The position numbers and the translations under genes are program-made. A DNA stretch of 64,000 nucleotides, taken from the NCBI GenBank assembly GCA_963700155.1, contig OY969472.1:253511-317510 (forward strand). Reading direction: 5' to 3'. Shown piece by piece: positions 8,786 through 17,771 of this stretch. The stretch is from an uncultured bacterium (GTDB taxonomy: Bacteria > Patescibacteriota > Dojkabacteria > J137). A model generated the notes under the pieces. The model worked only from the letters and a program-made list of their open reading frames with translations. It was not told the origin of the DNA and made no database searches. How positions within the stretch are numbered: position 1 is the stretch's first letter; each line of letters begins with the position of its first letter.

Positions 8786-10564
8786 ATGCTTCCAAAAAAA
8801 TGGTTGGTTATTATTGGAACAACCTCAGGTGTATTATCAATATTTTTAATTGGATTATTTTTATTATCTACTCTAGGATTTTTAGGAGGAAAGCCAAATC
8901 TTACTGATGAAGAAAAGCAAAAGATTTTAAGTGAAATTATTAAAAATAATTCATCTAATGTTTTAGGTAAAAATGGAGCTAGCGGAGCTCAAGATACATC
9001 ACTAGCACCAAATGCAGATAAAGAAAGTATGTTAACTGCTCCTTTGATAGCAAGGCCAAACACACAAGATTATAAATATAGATATTCTAAAATTGTTTAT
9101 TCTAATGGCCCAGCAATTGGACAATGTAAATTCTTTGATATAAATGATGCCGGAGCTTATACAAGCGAATCATATGAATATTATGGTGATGGGAATACTT
9201 ATGATTCAAAATATATTACAAAAGATTCTGACAATGATTTAACTTCATATTCATTAACTAGAACTAATACTAATAATTCAGAAACAGTAATTTATTCAGG
9301 AGGAAGTTATGCAGTCAGAACAAGTTATACTTTCAGTGATCTTTTACTTCCTGAAAATTCTAATTCAGCAACTGAAAACTCAACTGCACCGAATGAACCA
9401 ACAACAGTACAAGAAAATGATTCAACTTCAACAGATCAAGTCAGCGGAGATCTAATTGCTCAGTTTTTTGGTCCAGATGCTGACGTTGTAAATATAATCA
9501 CTGAGAATGGCAAAGATTATTATGTTGTACAATACAGCTATAACGTTGACTGCTCAATTGATGCAAAAATTTTGCCATATACTGTAGATTCAATAGGCAC
9601 AACTAGCCTAAACTCAACTTCCCAAAATCAGACCACGAATAAAATTTTTGCACAAAATATAGTTGATTCTACCAATTTCCAAATTATCAGAAGTTATAAC
9701 TATTTAGGAAGTGTTAGTGATAATAATTTACTTAATAGTTATCAAACAACAATACAGGAAAGTAATCCTGCGTTTGAAGATGTCAGTAACAATTTTAAAT
9801 TTGATTATAATGTAGATATAAAAGATGTTGTTTATCCACCATATACTTTAGAACAACAAACTCAGAATATTATTGATTATTTAACAGGCAAAAAGCTTAC
9901 TCTAATTGTTTCAGATATATCAGGTTCAACATTAACATCAGCTTATTCCTACGAAGCTTCCAGAATAGGACAAGAAAATGCAGATTATATTTATGATCGG
10001 AACTTTTATCCACAAGGTGCAAAAGGAGATAAGCTTTTTGCCCCATTCAAAGATTCTCAGAATCTTTATCCCAATCCAATAGTATCTTTATCTTATTTAC
10101 TTAATCAAAGTTCTACATATGATCTGATTAGTATCAATGCATATGAAAATAATATAGATTCTTCAAAAATTCTTTATACAACTTCTGATACAAAAAAATC
10201 AGATATGAATATTAATATTGATGGTGTAAATCAAAAAGGAACTTTGTATACAACTTCGTATAATGCTGCTGTTAATACGAGTGATTCAAGTACAGAAGTA
10301 ACTCCACCTTCATCAGGTAGCACATATTCTACTAAACAGCTTTATATTGAATTTAAAGGTATTAAATATATTATTAGTTTCCCAACAAGAACAGATTTTG
10401 ATTTGAATAATTTAAAATTCAAGACGATTTCAACAACAAACTCAACTCAGATGAGTGATTTAAAAACTCAGATTAATAATGTTTATAACGGAAGTGGAGC
10501 TGGAGTTTCAGGAAGCGGTTCATCGAGTTCCGGCTCCGCCGGAACTCCCGAATCAATAAAATAA
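8786..10564 (+). CDS. Large S/T/N-rich membrane-anchored surface protein (hypothetical)
   Basis: N-terminal TM (WLVIIGTTSGVLSIFLIGLFLLSTLGFLGG), long low-complexity Ser/Thr/Asn-rich body, C-terminal Gly/Ser tail (GSGAGVSGSGSSSSGSAGT). Confidence 0.5.
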   Translation: MLPKKWLVIIGTTSGVLSIFLIGLFLLSTLGFLGGKPNLTDEEKQKILSEIIKNNSSNVLGKNGASGAQDTSLAPNADKESMLTAPLIARPNTQDYKYRYSKIVYSNGPAIGQCKFFDINDAGAYTSESYEYYGDGNTYDSKYITKDSDNDLTSYSLTRTNTNNSETVIYSGGSYAVRTSYTFSDLLLPENSNSATENSTAPNEPTTVQENDSTSTDQVSGDLIAQFFGPDADVVNIITENGKDYYVVQYSYNVDCSIDAKILPYTVDSIGTTSLNSTSQNQTTNKIFAQNIVDSTNFQIIRSYNYLGSVSDNNLLNSYQTTIQESNPAFEDVSNNFKFDYNVDIKDVVYPPYTLEQQTQNIIDYLTGKKLTLIVSDISGSTLTSAYSYEASRIGQENADYIYDRNFYPQGAKGDKLFAPFKDSQNLYPNPIVSLSYLLNQSSTYDLISINAYENNIDSSKILYTTSDTKKSDMNINIDGVNQKGTLYTTSYNAAVNTSDSSTEVTPPSSGSTYSTKQLYIEFKGIKYIISFPTRTDFDLNNLKFKTISTTNSTQMSDLKTQINNVYNGSGAGVSGSGSSSSGSAGTPESIK

Positions 10565-11113
10565 TCAGCTTTCTTCAATTCCATAATGAGTTGGATAATC
10601 ATGTTCTCTTTCCAAACCTGTTGGCCACATTTCGCTTAAATTTGTTGTGTCACCAGTTCTTCTAAAAGATCCTTTACTCCAAAATCTACTAATTATTCTT
10701 GGTGGATATGTAAGTAATTTTGCTGAAGATCTCACTCGAGTACGAGTCCAAATTAAAGGTCCTCGTAAGCCAAAATTGACTTTTATATTTTTCTTTTCTA
10801 GTTCTTCTAGCAATAAAGTAACAAATTCATCTACTTTTGGATGGAATTTCTCATCATTATTAGACATATACAATCCAATAAGCTCAATATATTTTCTTCT
10901 CAACACTGGAGTAAAATCAAATATATTTATTCCGTATTTAATTTCGTTTCTACCGTATGGGAGCCAACGTGAATCTCCTAAAACTTGCATAATATCATTA
11001 TTTTCAGATTCTGATAAATCAGGGAATTCTATTGCAACTAATTCAGCTAATTTTTGTCTATTTTCAATAATATCATCAGGTTTGCCATATGCTGGAGATT
11101 TTGAATCAGGCAT
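10565..11113 (-). CDS. Hypothetical protein encoded immediately downstream of leuS (same strand, 2-nt gap)
   Basis: 182-aa ORF; C-terminal ...GLEREHDYPTHYGIEES contains an R-x6-H-Y arrangement. No confident family assignment. Confidence 0.45.
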   Translation of the reverse strand: MPDSKSPAYGKPDDIIENRQKLAELVAIEFPDLSESENNDIMQVLGDSRWLPYGRNEIKYGINIFDFTPVLRRKYIELIGLYMSNNDEKFHPKVDEFVTLLLEELEKKNIKVNFGLRGPLIWTRTRVRSSAKLLTYPPRIISRFWSKGSFRRTGDTTNLSEMWPTGLEREHDYPTHYGIEES

Positions 11114-11115
11114 TT

Positions 11116-14100
11116 TTAGATAATAAAATTTATTACCTTATTTTTAACATAGATTACCTTTTTTGGTTCAACTTCAACATACTTTTTAACTTTTTCATCA
11201 TTTAATGCAATTGATTTTACTGCGTCTTCTTCACTATCATGATCGACTTCAATTATTGCTCTTACTTTTCCATTAATTTGAATTGCAATTTTTACCATCT
11301 CATTCTTTACTAAGCTTGAATCAAATTCCGGCCAGTTCTGCTGATGAATACTATATTCATTTCCTAATTGAGCCCATAACTCTTCAGTTATAAATGGCGC
11401 AAATGGAGCCAGTAATAACAAGAATGTCTCCCAAACTTCTTTAGAAATTGAACTTTCTTTTGTTAAAAAGTTAGTAAACTCCATAAATTTTGCAACTGAA
11501 GTATTGAAAGACAAATGCTCAATATCATCTGAAACTTTTTTAACTAATTTATTAACTTCCGAATTCTGGCTCTCATTTGCGCCTTCAGAAACTTTATCTT
11601 TCAAATCCCAAACTCTACTCAAAAATCTTAGCACTCCATTTTCTGCTCTGTCATTCCAAGGTTTTGCTTCTTCTAATGGCCCAATAAACATTTCATACAT
11701 TCTTACTGCATCTGCTCCAAATTTCTTGATTTCATCATCTGGATTTATTACGTTTCCCCATCTTTTACTCATCTTTCTTCCATCAGGTCCTAGGATAGTT
11801 CCCATGTGTCGCATTTTATAGAATGGTTCATCAAAGTTTATTATTCCTTGATCAAAAAAGAATTTTGTAAAGAATCTTGAATATAATAAATGTAAAACTG
11901 TGTGTTCTGGACCTATCATATACAGGTCAGTAGGCAGCCAGTAATTTGTTGTAGTTAAGTATCCTTTTAGAAATTCAATATACTCTGGATTTTCTTTCCA
12001 TTCATACAATTTTATTAATAACCAGATAGGAGCTATATCGAATTCATAACCATCTATTTTGCTTCTCAAATGATTCTCTTCGAAAGGGAAAATTAATCCA
12101 TCAAATGAATCCATTATCTCGACTTCAATATTATTATGTTCAAAAACATATTTTTTATTTCGTTCAAACTGTTTAGTTCTGATAAATTTATAACCATTTT
12201 TCTCAAGTAAATCTTTTGCTTCATCATGTTTAATTTTTTCTACAATAATATCAATGTCATTATGTTCTTTAATAAATTTCCTATTCAGTGCAGATACTGC
12301 TAATGAACCAAATAATGTATTCTTGATGTTATTATTATTTAATAATTTTATAACTTTAGCTGCTTCACTAATTATTTTTGAATTCATTTCATTATTGGGA
12401 ATTTCAGGTAGACTAACCTTCGGAGTTTCAAAGATTTCACTTTCATTATGAGCATCACAGAATCTAAAGTAGTACCAGCTTGAATCAACAAATGTATCCA
12501 TTGTATCGACTTCATAATGCCAGCCTTTGCCATACTTTTCTTCAGCTTGCTTTTTGAATGATTTAGAAGTTGCAATAGGAGATTCTCCATGTGGTAAAAA
12601 GTCTACATCAGTTGGAAGAACCAATGGCAGATCTGATTCATCTAATGGATGAGCATTCCCTTCTGGGTCGTAAACTATTGGAATTGGGCAACCCCAATAT
12701 CTTTGCCTTGAGACTAACCAATCTCTTAACCTATAAGTTGTAACCTTTTCTCCTAAATTATTTTCTTTTAACCAACTCTGCATTTTTTCAATAGCTTCCT
12801 CTGATCTCATCCCTGTATATTCTCCAGAATCGAATAAAATTCCATTGTCAATGAATAAAGAAGTTTCAGTTAACTCAGATTCAATGTTTTTATCATTTCC
12901 AAGCTCAATATTCTTTGCAATAGCTCTTTTAGTAGCATATATCCAATGCTCAATTTCATTTTCAGAACTTAAACTTTCTAATAACTCTTTACCTGTAAAC
13001 CATTTTTCAATCATATCTTCATGAGCTTCTCGATGAGACTCAGCAAAATCATTATCATCAACTATTATTAAATAGAAAGTCCCTTCGGCAAATCTTTGAA
13101 CTTTTTTCCCATTATGCCAATAGTTTGAATATATTTTAGGAACTACAACATATAAATCTTGAACACTCTTAATTCCGACCTCTTCATTTATCTCTCTTTT
13201 AATAGCATTATCTCCAGACTCTCCTTCATTTTTGCCACCACCAACTAATGTAACCAAATCTGGGTTCTTTGGCCAAGTTAAAGCCAAATATTTCTGATTT
13301 GATTTGTTAAAAATTAAGCATGACACTCCATCTACAAAAACAGAATTTTCTTTATGTTCTCCATATTCACTTGCTATAACTTCTTTGATTGAAATATCAT
13401 ATTTCTTTGCAAACTCATTATCTCTTTCATCATGTGCAGGAACAGCCATAATTGCACCAGTTCCATATGTCATTAAAACGTAATCTGCTGTAAATACAGG
13501 AATTTCTGCATCATTGAAAGGATTTATTGCAGAAATTCCTTCCAACTTTACCCCTGTCTTTTCTTTTTCAGTTTGTCTTTCTAAATCTGTTAGATTTTTA
13601 GATTTAGTTATATATTTTTCAACTTCTGAATAATTTGAGATCTCGGATTTCATTCTTTCTATAATAGGATGTTCGGGAGCTACAACCATGAATGTTGCAC
13701 CATAAATAGTATCTATTCTTGTTGTAAAAATCTCTATTTCAGATTCGATATCTGAACCTTTAACTTTAAATTTAACTTTTGTTCCCTCACTTTTCCCTAT
13801 CCAGTTTCTCTGTTGAGTTTTTGTACTTTCTGGCCAATCAACTTTGTCTAAATCGGCATCCAATCTGTCTGCAAAATCTGTAATTTTAAAAAACCATTGC
13901 TCTAAATTCTTCTGAATAACTTCTGTCCCACATCTTTCGCATTTCCCCTCAATTACCTGCTCATTTGCCAAAACAGTCTGATCTTTTGGGCACCAGTTTA
14001 CGGGAGCCTTCTTTTTGTAAGCTAATCCATTTTTATACAATTGTAAGAATATCCATTGAGTCCATCTATAATAATCAGGTCTGTGAGCTCCAACTTCCTT

Positions 14101-14478
14101 ATCCCAGTCAACTGAAATTCCAACGTTATTAATCTGATGAATAAAAGTTTTTATTGCATCTTCTGTAGATTTTTCAGGAGGAGTTCCAGTTTTTATAGCA
14201 TAATTTTCTGCAGGCAATCCAAATGAATCCCAACCCATTGGTAAAGTAACATTACGACCTTTCATTCTGTAATATCTTGCAGCAATATCATTTGCTACCA
14301 TTCCTTCTACATGTCCAACATGCAAACCTGCTCCGGATGGATATGGGAATGAGTACAAAGAGTAAAATTTCTCTTTATCCTTATTGAGTTCTGGAGTGGC
14401 ATATAATTTGTCTTTAATCCATTTTTCCTTCCATTTTGATTCATAGTCAGAAGGATTGAAAATTTTCTCCTTACTCAT
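11116..14478 (-). CDS. leuS: Leucyl-tRNA synthetase carrying two inserted domains: a Nudix hydrolase domain (about aa 371-540) and a nucleotidyltransferase-fold domain (about aa 674-846)
   Basis: Class I signatures PYPSGAGLHVGHVEG (HIGH) and KMSKRWGNV (KMSKS). Editing-domain blocks TTRIDTIYGATFMVVAPEHP and YGTGAIMAVPAHDERDNEFAKKY. Core YRLRDWLVSRQRYWGCPIP and DTFVDSSWYY...HLLYSRFF. Inserted segment 1 has a perfect Nudix box GGKNEGESGDNAIKREINEEVGI (G-x5-E-x7-REUxEExGU). Inserted segment 2 has LFGSLAVSALNRKFIKEHNDIDIIV, matching the hG[GS]...[DE]h[DE]h NTase motif and closely resembling the ANT(2'')/LinB-like GGWAIDALLG...HEDLDIVV block. Confidence 0.9.
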   Translation of the reverse strand: MSKEKIFNPSDYESKWKEKWIKDKLYATPELNKDKEKFYSLYSFPYPSGAGLHVGHVEGMVANDIAARYYRMKGRNVTLPMGWDSFGLPAENYAIKTGTPPEKSTEDAIKTFIHQINNVGISVDWDKEVGAHRPDYYRWTQWIFLQLYKNGLAYKKKAPVNWCPKDQTVLANEQVIEGKCERCGTEVIQKNLEQWFFKITDFADRLDADLDKVDWPESTKTQQRNWIGKSEGTKVKFKVKGSDIESEIEIFTTRIDTIYGATFMVVAPEHPIIERMKSEISNYSEVEKYITKSKNLTDLERQTEKEKTGVKLEGISAINPFNDAEIPVFTADYVLMTYGTGAIMAVPAHDERDNEFAKKYDISIKEVIASEYGEHKENSVFVDGVSCLIFNKSNQKYLALTWPKNPDLVTLVGGGKNEGESGDNAIKREINEEVGIKSVQDLYVVVPKIYSNYWHNGKKVQRFAEGTFYLIIVDDNDFAESHREAHEDMIEKWFTGKELLESLSSENEIEHWIYATKRAIAKNIELGNDKNIESELTETSLFIDNGILFDSGEYTGMRSEEAIEKMQSWLKENNLGEKVTTYRLRDWLVSRQRYWGCPIPIVYDPEGNAHPLDESDLPLVLPTDVDFLPHGESPIATSKSFKKQAEEKYGKGWHYEVDTMDTFVDSSWYYFRFCDAHNESEIFETPKVSLPEIPNNEMNSKIISEAAKVIKLLNNNNIKNTLFGSLAVSALNRKFIKEHNDIDIIVEKIKHDEAKDLLEKNGYKFIRTKQFERNKKYVFEHNNIEVEIMDSFDGLIFPFEENHLRSKIDGYEFDIAPIWLLIKLYEWKENPEYIEFLKGYLTTTNYWLPTDLYMIGPEHTVLHLLYSRFFTKFFFDQGIINFDEPFYKMRHMGTILGPDGRKMSKRWGNVINPDDEIKKFGADAVRMYEMFIGPLEEAKPWNDRAENGVLRFLSRVWDLKDKVSEGANESQNSEVNKLVKKVSDDIEHLSFNTSVAKFMEFTNFLTKESSISKEVWETFLLLLAPFAPFITEELWAQLGNEYSIHQQNWPEFDSSLVKNEMVKIAIQINGKVRAIIEVDHDSEEDAVKSIALNDEKVKKYVEVEPKKVIYVKNKVINFII

Positions 14479-14689
14479 CTTTAAAATATAATATTTAGAA
14501 ATTATTGCTACAAAGGCAATTATACAATAAAAAGAAGGTAATTAAGAAACTAAGTTTAATTGATAAAAATTAACAAAAAGTTTTACTTAAAATTAATCTT
14601 AACTTCACAATAGTTTCATCTATTAGATATATATTCTTAAATAGTCAGTACTGAAAAAATATTTTTTAGTTTAACTACAATGAATCAAG

Positions 14690-14721
14690 AATATAAAGAA
14701 GGCGGGGCTTTCAGCCCCGCC
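14690..14721 (-). terminator. Rho-independent terminator (GGCGGGGCT-TTC-AGCCCCGCC plus T-run) downstream of RRM-protein gene
   Basis: Perfect 9-bp GC-rich stem at 14701-14721; on the minus strand it is followed by TTCTTTAT. Lies 25 nt past the stop of 14747..15307(-). Confidence 0.6.
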
Positions 14722-14746
14722 TTTCACAACTCTAATTTCCAAAAGC

Positions 14747-15307
14747 TTATGAAGCCCATGAATCTGTTGAGTTAAAATCATCTCTTCTATTGAAGTTATC
14801 CCTTCTGTTAAATCCTCCAGTTCTTCTATCTCCACCTCTTCGATCACCACCGCCAAATGTTCTTCTTGGTCTGTCTTCTCTTGGAGTCATATCTTTTAAT
14901 TGAACTCTGATTTCTCTTCCGTCCAATTCTGATCCATTTAAATTGTCAACGGCTTTCTGAGCTTCTTCAGGAGTAGCTAATGTTACAAATCCATATCCTC
15001 TTGATCTTTTAGTATCAGGATATCTTGCAACTGTAACTGCTCTTCTTGAAAATTCTCTTCCAGTCATATCATTTTTTACCATTTCATCTTCTCCGATTTG
15101 AAGACCTGCATCTTCAAAATGCTTTCGAAGTGATTCATCTGTTGTTGCCCATGCTAGGCTTCCAACAAATACAACATTTGTTGATCCGTTTGCTGGTGCT
15201 GCTGTTGGTTTTGTATCTTCAGCAGGCATTGTTGTTTCTTCTGTAGTGTCATTAGCTGTATCTTCAGTAGTTTCATCTACAGGTGTTTTTGTCATATCTT
15301 CGTCCAT
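14747..15307 (-). CDS. RNA-binding protein with single RRM domain and C-terminal Arg/Gly-rich (RGG) tail
   Basis: RNP-2-like NVVFVGSLAWATTDESL and RNP-1 RGYGFVTL, followed by RTFGGGDRRGGDRRTGGFNRRDNFNRRDDF. N-terminal ~45 aa acidic/Thr-rich extension. Gene GC is higher than its surroundings. Confidence 0.8.
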   Translation of the reverse strand: MDEDMTKTPVDETTEDTANDTTEETTMPAEDTKPTAAPANGSTNVVFVGSLAWATTDESLRKHFEDAGLQIGEDEMVKNDMTGREFSRRAVTVARYPDTKRSRGYGFVTLATPEEAQKAVDNLNGSELDGREIRVQLKDMTPREDRPRRTFGGGDRRGGDRRTGGFNRRDNFNRRDDFNSTDSWAS

Positions 15308-15490
15308 TTAATATAAATAATAATAAAAAAATAATTTTCGTGCTAAATAGGGAAATTGATTCCGAGAGAATATTTGTGTATCTATTCGGAGGTCAATTTA
15401 CTTCTAAAGATGACGCTACAACCTATAACCTCCTTTCGAACTTTAAGCGCATAAATTTAAACATAACTTTAGTACTATAGCAACTATAAC

Positions 15491-15526
15491 GATTATAGCA
15501 CAAAGGGTTGTAGTGGCAAGAGATTT
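15491..15526 (-). promoter_or_regulatory. Promoter-like element, copy A: TTGCCA-16 nt-TATAAT on minus strand with conserved spacer
   Basis: Minus-strand reading: aatCTCTTGCCActacaaCCCTTTGTGcTATAATc. Shares 24 of about 28 positions, including the spacer, with copy B at 17155..17190. Confidence 0.4.
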
Positions 15527-15532
15527 AAATTG

Positions 15533-16048
15533 TTATATCTCTGGATATATAGATTCTTCTATTAGAGCTGAAATTACATCTAGTAATCCTTCAATTGTTG
15601 TTACTCTTTTAAATTCTGGATTATCTGGAGTTTTATTTCTGTTTATTTCCTGTAGCTTTTTTCTAATTTTTATTCTGCCATTTTTATCAAGCAAGTAATG
15701 TCTTAACAACTCTTCGGTAAAATGATATCTTTTTGAAATGTTTGGATCAGATAAAATATCTCTGTAAGATCTTCGATACCATTCATATGTCCATACACCC
15801 TCCTGCTCTAATAATGAAACCAAGTAAACAATTCTCTCATTGTAATCTAAATCGTTAAGATCAATTCCATCATTTTTTAACTCGCTTAGTTTTCGCATTA
15901 TATAAACCCATATATCATCTTCAAAATATCTACTAAAATACTCCTCATTGAGTGAATATTTAAGTAATAACTCTTCATCAACTTGTACTTCCTTCCCAAA
16001 ACGAAATCTGTAAGTTAATGTATTATCCACTTTTGAATCGTAAATCAT
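15533..16048 (-). CDS. Hypothetical protein
   Basis: 171-aa ORF; Y/W-rich; no motif. Confidence 0.45.
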   Translation of the reverse strand: MIYDSKVDNTLTYRFRFGKEVQVDEELLLKYSLNEEYFSRYFEDDIWVYIMRKLSELKNDGIDLNDLDYNERIVYLVSLLEQEGVWTYEWYRRSYRDILSDPNISKRYHFTEELLRHYLLDKNGRIKIRKKLQEINRNKTPDNPEFKRVTTIEGLLDVISALIEESIYPEI

Positions 16049-16059
16049 ATATATATATA

Positions 16060-17121
16060 TTATACTAAATAACTAAATAGTTCACTAGAAAGTAGCTCTA
16101 CTTGATCTATTTCATAAGATGAATCATCCTTATCAAGATTAATTAAAACAATATTATTTTCGACAAGTCCAATATATAAATCTTCTGGTTGGAAATTAAT
16201 ATCAAGGTTAGTTAGAATATTTACAAATAAATTTCTAATAATGTTCTCTAGATTATTTTTCCATAGTAAATAGTTTTGCATATTTTCAGGCAAATATTCT
16301 GGCATATAAATTAAATTTATTACTTCATCTTTTATATTTCCACCAGAAAACCCAGCACTAGCTAATTCTCTCAAAATATCAGTTTTATAAGCAGGTGAAT
16401 TCAACATATATCTAATAGTATCAATATTAAATTCTAGACCTAATCTTTTGATATTAAAAACAAATAGCTCAGCCAAATCAATATAGATTTCTCTTGTAGT
16501 TTGAACTTCCCATGGTCCTTTTGCTTGAACTTCTAAATTTTTACCTATTCGATCTTCATTTATCCTAAATGTATTAGCTTTAGCCAATACTGATCTTTGC
16601 GCAAAAAAATCTTTCAAATTTAAGATCGTCTTTAGTGTAATTTCTAACATATTAACATCAAATATATTTAGATTAACAATAGCTGATGGCTCAATTTTAT
16701 CTACTGCTATAAAATCCTTGTTATCCACTACTTTCTCAACATAAAATCCAAGTGCCGAAAGTACATTTAAAGCTATGTAACTACTAAAATCCTCTGAATC
16801 ATAAACCTTTTTTTCTCTAGATATTAATTCACTAATGATTTTAAAACACTCGTTAAGAATTGAAGCAACTTTATCAGATATAAGGTAAATTTCATTAAAC
16901 AGGGCAGTTTGCTCACTTAGTTCAACACTTCTATTTTTAAAAATATTTCTAATTTCTAAAACTCTTTCAGATAAAGTAATACTTTCTTCCATCAATACAC
17001 ATAATTGCTCATAATCAGGACCATTGTTTTTTAACTCTTCAACTCTTTTTCGGATAGATTTTATCTGATCACTATCAGCCATAGAAGTTATATGTGAATC
17101 AACTTTCTTCTTGTCGGGCAT
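16060..17121 (-). CDS. Hypothetical protein
   Basis: 353-aa ORF; no family recognised. Confidence 0.5.
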   Translation of the reverse strand: MPDKKKVDSHITSMADSDQIKSIRKRVEELKNNGPDYEQLCVLMEESITLSERVLEIRNIFKNRSVELSEQTALFNEIYLISDKVASILNECFKIISELISREKKVYDSEDFSSYIALNVLSALGFYVEKVVDNKDFIAVDKIEPSAIVNLNIFDVNMLEITLKTILNLKDFFAQRSVLAKANTFRINEDRIGKNLEVQAKGPWEVQTTREIYIDLAELFVFNIKRLGLEFNIDTIRYMLNSPAYKTDILRELASAGFSGGNIKDEVINLIYMPEYLPENMQNYLLWKNNLENIIRNLFVNILTNLDINFQPEDLYIGLVENNIVLINLDKDDSSYEIDQVELLSSELFSYLV

Positions 17122-17154
17122 ATGGAGTAATTAAATACTTATTATTGGTAAAAG

Positions 17155-17190
17155 ATTATATCACAAAGGGTTGGAGCGGCAAGAGTTTCA
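17155..17190 (-). promoter_or_regulatory. Promoter-like element, copy B: TTGCCG-16 nt-TATAAT about 35 nt upstream of the 16060..17121 start codon
   Basis: Minus-strand reading: tgaaaCTCTTGCCGctccaaCCCTTTGTGaTATAAT. The -10 box ends about 34 nt upstream of the ATG at 17121. Confidence 0.45.
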
Positions 17191-17195
17191 TACTT

Positions 17196-17771
17196 TTATT
17201 TATGATCTAATTTATCAAATAAGAATCCTGTAAAAGCATCTATTTCTTCTTGAGCAGATTTTAGCCATTTCAATCGTTCATTCTTTTCTTTTAGTTTAAT
17301 AACAAAATCTCCTGTTGGATGTAGCCGATAGCCACCTAATCCTTCATCACCTATTGAACTTATAATAAGTCTTGTCCCAGAATTAGGAATTCTTTTAGAA
17401 TAAAACTCTTCAACTAAAGTTAATAAGCTATTTGCTTCTTTCAAATTTGAAGCTTTAGGAATTTTACATAATTCAGCATACTCTTTCTGATATTTTACAT
17501 TTGAGTAATCTTTAGACATCAATTTTATTACTCTTTCAACCTCATTATTATTTTCAAATTCTAAAGATTCATTCGAGCTAATATCAAGATATGGTGTTCT
17601 TCCATCAGAATGACCTGCACATGAACCGGTAGTTATAAATTTATGCACACGTAGAGCCGCTACCAGTAAACGAATCTTTTTATCCACAGGTTTTCCTAAA
17701 CCATCTCTTATCTTATCTACTATTTCTAATTCCTGTGTGACTTTATCATTCATGCTTAGCATCTTTATCAA
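17196..17771 (-). CDS. Hypothetical protein
   Basis: 191-aa ORF overlapping the upstream TPR-like gene by 26 nt (operon). Confidence 0.45.
   Translation of the reverse strand: MIKMLSMNDKVTQELEIVDKIRDGLGKPVDKKIRLLVAALRVHKFITTGSCAGHSDGRTPYLDISSNESLEFENNNEVERVIKLMSKDYSNVKYQKEYAELCKIPKASNLKEANSLLTLVEEFYSKRIPNSGTRLIISSIGDEGLGGYRLHPTGDFVIKLKEKNERLKWLKSAQEEIDAFTGFLFDKLDHK

Noticed and set aside
10647-12590. Plus/minus short ORFs 10647..11123, 11504..11821, 12254..12451, 12384..12590
   Set aside because: They are embedded in or antisense to leuS and its downstream gene, and their low-complexity translations are typical of out-of-frame AT-rich sequence.
11116-14478. Inteins as the cause of the extra LeuRS length
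   Set aside because: The inserts lack intein block A/B/F/G residues (no Cys/Ser at the insert N-terminus followed by a His-Asn-Cys/Ser/Thr C-terminal junction) and instead carry Nudix and NTase catalytic signatures.
14671-15698. ORFs 14671..14856, 15046..15246, 15283..15480, 15513..15698
   Set aside because: They are antisense to or overlapping the RRM-protein gene, its terminator, or the promoter-like element, and no independent support exists.
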